44,470 nt of DNA from Octopus bimaculoides (taxonomy: Eukaryota): the NCBI RefSeq assembly GCF_001194135.2, contig NC_068992.1, forward strand, positions 33,125,382 to 33,169,851, read 5' to 3'. Below the pieces are notes generated by a model. That model was given only the letters and a program-made list of their open reading frames with translations, made no database searches and was not told where the DNA came from. The translations under genes and the position numbers were made by a program. Of this stretch, positions 37,501-44,470 are shown piece after piece (the first letter of the stretch is position 1; each line of letters starts with the position of its first letter).

Positions 37501-39046
37501 CTTTTCCACCTGAAAACAAGCATCATTTTGTATAATATTCATTGTACATTCATCACCTTTACATTTTACATTTTTCAACTTTCAACAAAACCTTCAACTG
37601 TTTACAAGTTTAAATTAAAATTTTGCCTGGGTCGTTTTCAAATTTAAATTTTAAATTTATAGTTTTTAAAAAATTATATTTTTTTTCATATTTACAATGC
37701 AATTAATTATATTACATTGATTTTTTGCACCATTTTCTTATTTTCATATTCAATACACCATACAATTTTTAATATTTTTGTATGTGTATATATGTATATA
37801 TGCATGTATTAATGTTTGTATGTTTAGTGTTTACATGTATGTACATATTTTTTTTTGTGTATATGTTTAAGTAAATGTTAGTATGTNNNNNNNNNNNNNN
37901 NNNNNNNNNNNNNNNNNNNNNNNNNNNNNNNNNNNNNNNNNNNNNNNNNNNNNNNNNNNNNNNNNNNNNNNNNNNNNNNNNNNNNNNNNNNNNNNNNNNN
38001 NNNNNNNNNNNNNNNNNNNNNNNNNNNNNNNNNNNNNNNNNNNNNNNNNNNNNNNNNNNNNNNNNNNNNNNNNNNNNNNNNNNNNNNNNNNNNNNNNNNN
38101 NNNNNNNNNNNNNNNNNNNNNNNNNNNNNNNNNNNNNNNNNNNNNNNNNNNNNNNNNNNNNNNNNNNNNNNNNNNNNNNNNNNNNNNNNNNNNNNNNNNN
38201 NNNNNNNNNNNNNNNNNNNNNNNNNNNNNNNNNNNNNNNNNNNNNNNNNNNNNNNNNNNNNNNNNNNNNNNNNNNNNNNNNNNNNNNNNNNNNNNNNNNN
38301 NNNNNNNNNNNNNNNNNNNNATTTATTATTTTTGATTTCTTTTCTTTTTCTTTTACTTTTTCTAACTTGCAACATCATAGTTGTGCATTTAGAATATATG
38401 CACAGAGACGTATGATGTGTATATATATGTATGTAGATACCTATATATACATTAGTATATATATTTACTTTTATATTTTGTTTGTACATGTTTGTATATA
38501 TGTATATATGCATGTATTAATGTTTGTATGTTTAGTGTTTACATGTATGTACATATTTTTTTTTGTGTATATGTTTAAGTAAATGTTAGTATGTGTTAGT
38601 ATGTGTGTATATTTTTATGTTGTTTAGATCTTTGTAAGTGAATATTTTATTATAAACAAACATATTTTTAATTAAATTTATTTTACCATTAATTAATTTA
38701 CTTTGGGTATACATGTTATTTCCTTCTAGCTAAAGCTAATTTTTGATTTAATGTTTTCTTTGATTTTAAATAATACGATTTTTAAATTGTAATTTTAATT
38801 TTATGTACATCACTAGTTCTTAAAAAGACCGTTAGTTGAAAGGACCAATCAAACAAAACAATTTCAAATGTGTATCTGTCAATGAAAATTGTATATTTAT
38901 ACATATAACCTTAATTTTTTGTTCCATTCTCAACCAAAACTGTCTGGTGAACAGGAACGTGAATCTCTGAGTAACAGCTTTTTTGTGATATTTTTGTGAT
39001 GATTTTATGATGATTTTCCAGCTTTAATAATAAAGTATGTAGATAT

Positions 39047-39103
<57 letters not shown>

Positions 39104-39224
39104 ATTCTCACATCAACAATAGACTGTATCTCTGTGTCAAATTTTCACCAGGAGCCTCAAGTAACATTCTTTACTTTAATTATATGCATATACACACACA
39201 CACATGAATGCATGCCTGTGTATG

Positions 39225-39375
39225 TGTGACAGGATTCTTTTAGTTTCTGCCAAATACACTCATAAAGATTTAATCAGCCCAAAGCTATAGTAAAAAAACA
39301 CTTGCCTAAGGTACTACACAGTGAGACTGAACATGTGACCATAGGACTGATAAGTAAGCTTCTCAACCACATATC
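39225..39375 (-). mobile_element. SINE family A, decayed head
   Basis: GCTATAGTA...CACTTGCCTAAGGT...GAGACTGAAC, the reverse complement of the head. Confidence 0.65.
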
Positions 39376-40005
39376 TACACACATACACACACACACATGC
39401 ATGCACAGAATAAGATAGCAATGTGAATATAAAGATTCCTCCCTGACTCTGTGTATCTCTGTCTCTCTTACCATGCTTCTGTCCGTTTGTCTCTATATTT
39501 TCATCTGTTTATGTACATACATTCTTATTAATTTCAAACAGATGAACATACACACTTAAGACACATAGTGAGTCCAAGTAATCGTTGCAAAATATATTTT
39601 CAGTTTAACCTCTATTTCCTAGTAGCAGTAGTTAATATGACTCTCAAAAGCAGAGAAATATCTAAAATATATCAACTGAACAAAATCCTATTTCTTTTAT
39701 ATCTCTCATGAACTTTGAGCATTTAATATTCACTGTACATTATGTTGTTGAATTTTACAGTATGTTATTAACACTGACATGTCTTTAGGCCATCTGTTGT
39801 ACATTGAGATAAATGTGGAATTTTCTAGGCTACAAAATTCTTAGATCTCTCTCCAAGTTCTAGAGAAATAATTTACTGAAATATTCCAGTTACAATATTT
39901 GTATTATGCTATCCTACATCTTACTTTGGAACCTTCAAAATATGAGTAAAAACTTAATGTGTGCTCATGTATATATGTATGTATGCATGTTTGTATGAAT
40001 GCATG

Positions 40006-40036
<31 letters not shown>

Positions 40037-40990
40037 TGTATGTATCATCATCATCATCATCATCACATAATCATTTAATATCTGTCTATGTATGAATTCA
40101 TATATGTAGGTATATATCATCCTCCTTTATCTCCTCCTCATCCCCATCACCATTCTCAACATCCTCCACACCATCCTCATATATAAATTCCATTTATGCA
40201 TCCTCCTCCTTGTTCACCTCTTTTCCCTCCTCTTCAATGTCCATCATTCATACTGGTATGAGAGGGGTGGTTTGACAGGAATTGTAGGTAGTGGGTGGGT
40301 AGTAGTTGAAAGAGTGAATGAGAGGGTGAAAGAGTGAATGAGAGGGTGAAAGGTAGAAAATGGGTGACAGGGTTAATATTATGAAGAACAGGTACTGACG
40401 GTTGATGAACAGTGAAGGCAGTAAAGAGTAGGGAGACAATTGTAGAAATTGGGTAAAGTTAATGTGTGGATTTTGTGTATAATAGACAAGCGGTGCCTGT
40501 GAATAAAGATAAATATGATTTGGGGAAGGTGTGGAGAGTAGGAGATAATGGGAAATGCTCAAAAGGAGATTAAGAGTAGCAGAATAGTAATAATGGTACA
40601 GTAGATAGGGAAAGGATGAGAGGAGATGAAACAGAGAGTGAGAGATATGAAGCTTGTTGAGGATGATCAATATAAAATGTGGGTGCAGGGAACAATATTA
40701 TGAATGAGAAATGAGTAACAAGTGAAATGGTTCCAGGTAAAAAGAAAGATAACTGATATCAAGGAAAAACTGGGAAAGCATGCAATTCCATACAACTATA
40801 ATTACAACTGAATACTGAAAGTAGAGAGATAACAGGTGGTGGGGATGTCTTGAGATGGGAAATCAGACTGATTGCTTCAGTGGGGCATATGGATGTGTGT
40901 ATGTGTACATGTGTGTGTGTTGTGTTTGTGTGTTTGTGTGGGTAGTTGGGCATATGGATGTGTGTGTGTGTGTGTGTGTGTGCGTGTATG

Positions 40991-41048
<58 letters not shown>

Positions 41049-41439
41049 CTTTTAACACAATGCTACTATCAATTTCATATGTTGAAAGCATGCCAGGCAG
41101 TATTTTAAAACATATTTGATGACCTAGCACAATCTTCAGGCACTGCCCACATGACATAACAAACTAAAAATAGGATGATAGAATGAGGGAAAAGGTGAGA
41201 AAGATGTAAATATAAAAGGTAGAAGGTTGAAAAACCGGAAAGCATAAAGGAAAACAGAAGGAAGCAAAGTGCGTCTGAGTGGGAGTTAGAGTTATTTCCC
41301 CTTAGACAGTAAAATATAAGGCTGAAAAATAGTGGCTTAGAGTCAACGACACAGTTGTTCCATCTTGAGAGGGTGGCACTTCCCATACATAACTGGCCAA
41401 TTTAGTAGCCTTACTTTTGCCTCTGTGTCGGATAGGAAA

Positions 41440-41600
41440 ATATGTGATTAGCATTGTGATTTTTTAACCTTGCAACCCTTTGCAATCCTTCAACAGATGA
41501 AGAGGGACTTAGAGGCAGCATTGCCTGGAAAGCCACCTATTACCATGTCTGCAATCTCACGAGGTCTAGATGGAATGTTGATAACTATGAAGTTGGCCGA
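41440..41600 (+). mobile_element. Possible Tc1/IS630-like transposase N-terminal remnant
   Basis: LQQMKRDLEAALPGKPPITMSAISRGLDGMLITMK recalls the second helix-turn-helix of Tc1/IS630-like transposases; recognition is by eye only. Confidence 0.35.
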
Positions 41601-41996
41601 TTTTGAGTGCTCGAAGTGTTAAATAGATTGCTCGGAAACAAATTTGAAAGCTCGAAAAGATACTTCCTCATATTCTGACTAATTTGAATGCTCTCAACAG
41701 ACATTTTGATTTGAATGATGTAAATGCTAAATTCTTTGACTGAGTGCGGAATTGAATGACCGAAAAACGAATTTGAAAGACTAACTTCATGTTGCTAACA
41801 TTTTTCACGACTTTGAATGACTCGATTATCAAACTGGAAGACAAACGTACGAAAATGACTGCAAAAAACCTATACTACACTTTTCACGGAAAACAGGGGT
41901 GGGTGGAACACTCAGAAATCCCCACCACAACCTCAGTGGGGGTGGGGTGAACTGCATATCCTAGTTTTCTAGTTACCCTTCACCACTGATATCTAC

Positions 41997-42052
<56 letters not shown>

Positions 42053-42062
42053 ATCTATATAT

Positions 42063-42092
<30 letters not shown>

Positions 42093-42097
<5 letters not shown>

Positions 42098-42442
42098 AAA
42101 TCTCTGAACGAGGTATTAACAGTAACTGCACGACAAGGTGAAGTATATTTGCCACTTAAATGTGGCTGACCCCTAAGGGTGGATGTTACTGTTGCTTTTA
42201 GCCCCAGGAGAACATCTCCTCCAGCTGGCTATTGACACACATCTGTGTCCTGTCTGTATTTGCAAAGGGAAGTCATCCTTCTCATCTTGATCTGCGATAT
42301 GTACGGACTCAAGTTTCTGGGTATTTACCCGTCCTCAGCATACGACAATCACCGACCTTCGATGCGAAAAATGTTCCAATACAAATACGTATATCTTTTT
42401 CCAGTGAAATTATTCACTGATCTCGAAAAAGTGAAAACAAGC
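42093..42442 (-). mobile_element. 350-bp HHR-bearing non-coding monomer (retrozyme/pLTR-like), copy 1
   Basis: Exactly one monomer length, inverted and circularly permuted relative to 42458-42835; abuts (TA)n on the left. Confidence 0.8.
42300..42344 (-). ncRNA. Minimal type I hammerhead ribozyme (copy 1)
   Basis: Minus strand reads CGTATG-CTGAGGA-C GGGT AAAT ACCC A-GAAA-CTTGAG-TC-CGTACA. Confidence 0.75.
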
Positions 42443-42457
42443 CACCTTTAAGTGGCA

Positions 42458-42833
42458 ACATTTAAGTGGCAAATATACTTCACCTTGTCGTGCAGTTAGT
42501 GTTAATACCTCGTTCAGAGATTTAACATTGCTTGTTTTCACTTTTTTGAGATTAATGAATAATTTCACTGGAAAAAGATATATGTATTCGCATCGGGATA
42601 TCTTTCACATCGAAGGTCGGCGATTGTCGTACGCTGAGGACGGGTAAATACCCAGAAACTCGAGTCCGTATGTATTGCAGATGAAGATGGGAAGGATGAC
42701 ATCCCTTTGCAAATACAGACAGGACACAGATGTGTGTCAATAGACAGCTGGAGGAGATGTTCTCCCGGGGCTAAAAGCAACAGTAACATCCACCCTTAGG
42801 GGTCAGCCACATTTAAGTGGCAAATATACTTCA

Positions 42834-42835
<2 letters not shown>
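42458..42835 (+). mobile_element. 351-bp HHR-bearing monomer plus 27-bp terminal direct repeat, copy 2
   Basis: ACATTTAAGTGGCAAATATACTTCACC occurs at 42458-42484 and 42809-42835; abuts (TA)n on the right. Confidence 0.8.
42628..42672 (+). ncRNA. Minimal type I hammerhead ribozyme (copy 2)
   Basis: CGTACG-CTGAGGA-C GGGT AAAT ACCC A-GAAA-CTCGAG-TC-CGTATG. 6-bp stem I, palindromic stem III ACTCGAGT, GUC triplet, predicted cut after 42666. Confidence 0.85.
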
Positions 42836-42875
<40 letters not shown>

Positions 42876-42933
42876 TACAAACATACATACATACATATAT
42901 AGATATGTGTGTGTGTGTGTGTGTGCGTACACA

Positions 42934-44223
42934 CGAGGGGTGTTCATTAAAGATTTCTCCTGACCCACTTCTGGTTATTGCAGGAAACACAACTTGTACA
43001 GGTATAATTATACATGTCTCTACATATCACATGTACATTTCAAATTTCCACTGGTATTCATTTGTCTTTTATGGCTGCCGAAGTGGACTAAAGTGTTATA
43101 ATGAGGCAGTTGAATGCAGATCAGTGATCAGGTTCTTACACTTGAAATGTCGTACACCAAAAGAAACTTTTAATGAAATGAAAGAAGTTTATGGTGGCTA
43201 TGCACCATCATACGATGTAGTCAAGCCCTGGCGTCACCAGTTCAGATGTTGTTGGACATCGATGGAAGCTTCTCCTATTCTTGGATGACCACATTCTGCC
43301 ATTGATAACAGTACCTTCCATAAAGTGGAAGCTGCCAATTTGGAGGATTGCTACATAACTATTCAGCAGCTAGCCTAAGAAGAGAAGATAAATGTAGAGT
43401 CCATGGAAAAATCATTCACGACCATTTGCACATGCAGAAGTTGTCTGTACAATGGATTCCCTGGATGCTCACACCTTTTCAGAAGCAGGAATGAGTCAAT
43501 TTCTCTAAGGCACTTTTGGCAATGTTCCAAGAAAACAAGGAAGACTTTTATGGCAGACTTATCAAATAGGATGAAACATGGGTTCATAACTATTTTTCTG
43601 AGACTAAAGCCCACTTGAAGCAATAGATGCATGATAACTCACCACCTCTGAAGAAGGCTCATGTCCAACCTTCAGCAGGCAAGGTGATGTTCACTCTCTT
43701 TCGGGACCAGTATGGATTAGTGATGATGGATTTTCTGGCAAAGGTACCACATTAACAGGGCATATTATGCTTCTCTGCTGCAGAAATTGCAGGATGCCAT
43801 CAAAATAGAGAGGCATGGCATGCTGACCAAAGGAGTCCGCCTCCTCCAAGACAACACCACAATTTACAATGTACATGTTCCCCAGATGAAAGTACACTCC
43901 GGAAGCTATGAAATACATCCTCCTCCCCCTTACTCTCCCAACCTCGTACCATCTGACTTCCACCTCTTTCCAACCATGAAGTCTTTTTTGAAGGGGAAGC
44001 ACTTTCAGACAATGATGAACTTATTTCCAGAGTAAAGTCTTCGCTCCCGACACAACCTACCAACTCCTATGGATGAGGTCTTCACAACTGCACAAAGCAA
44101 TGGGAGAAATGTGTCACCATTGGTGGTGGGTATGTAGAGAAGGACTAATATATATTTTCCAAGTTTTGTTTATCTCAGTACTTGGGAAGTGAGTCAGAGC
44201 AAATCTTTAATGAACATTCTGCA
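42934..44223 (+). mobile_element. Full-length (~1.29 kb) degenerate mariner, irritans-like
   Basis: TIR core TGTTCATTAAAGATTT..C.TGAC.CACTT at both ends. Motifs WIPWML, DETWVH, LLQDN, YSPNLVPSDFHLF; stops and frameshifts. Confidence 0.92.
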
Positions 44224-44231
44224 TATCTATC

Positions 44232-44272
<41 letters not shown>

Positions 44273-44470
44273 GCAAACACCCTAATCTACACATTATAAA
44301 CAAAAAAACATGAACAAAATAAATATTTCTCTGATCAGACCTTTAGACGTAGGAACACCAGATCATTTTCAAAACCTCAACAAAGATTACCTACAAAAAA
44401 CGGGGGAAAAAAACCGGCCTAGAACCAGAAACAATACCAGACCATCCTCTCAGATCACTAAAACCAATAC

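Noticed and set aside
37785-38593. ~100-bp identical direct repeat on either side of an N-gap
   Set aside because: Cannot be distinguished from an assembly artefact without reads; it could be a PLE 3' tandem duplication.
38815-38870. Possible decayed HHR downstream of the second PLE
   Set aside because: Neither CUGANGA nor GAAA is intact; only a vague resemblance.
40240-40800. Purine-rich stretch with a 140-aa minus ORF (similar stretch at 30730-31020)
   Set aside because: Low-complexity strand-biased sequence yielding Leu/Ser/His/Pro-rich noise.
42232-42740. Two near-identical 62-aa ORFs on opposite strands
   Set aside because: By-product of the inverted repeat; they are antisense to the HHR strand, and no protein family is recognised.
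44290-44470. Possible LINE fragment at the window end
   Set aside because: No diagnostic motif; truncated by the window edge.

Overview
AT-rich, microsatellite-dense, repeat-saturated eukaryotic genomic DNA with 8 N-gaps. The SINE, LINE and MITE families look like those of octopus (cephalopod mollusc); the taxon is an inference. No host protein-coding gene can be identified with confidence, and most listed ORFs are N-gap, microsatellite or TE artefacts. Contents: two RTE LINE families (one near full-length BovB-like copy; several fragments of a second family with a PHD-like finger inside the RT), two Penelope-like element (PLE) bodies plus a PLE leader fragment, two large mariners plus remnants, an internally deleted Gypsy element with both LTRs, PBS and PPT, a TTAA piggyBac-type MITE, many SINEs, and an orphan 5'ETS+18S rDNA fragment. 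The main observation is five type I hammerhead ribozyme (HHR) motifs at three loci. At 42.1-42.8 kb a ~350-bp HHR-bearing non-coding monomer occurs twice, head-to-head and circularly permuted between copies, which is retrozyme/circRNA-like. At 28-919 a PLE remnant is bracketed by inverted HHR-bearing arms. In both loci the two 3' ends run outward into (TA)n. All folds and alignments were done by eye.
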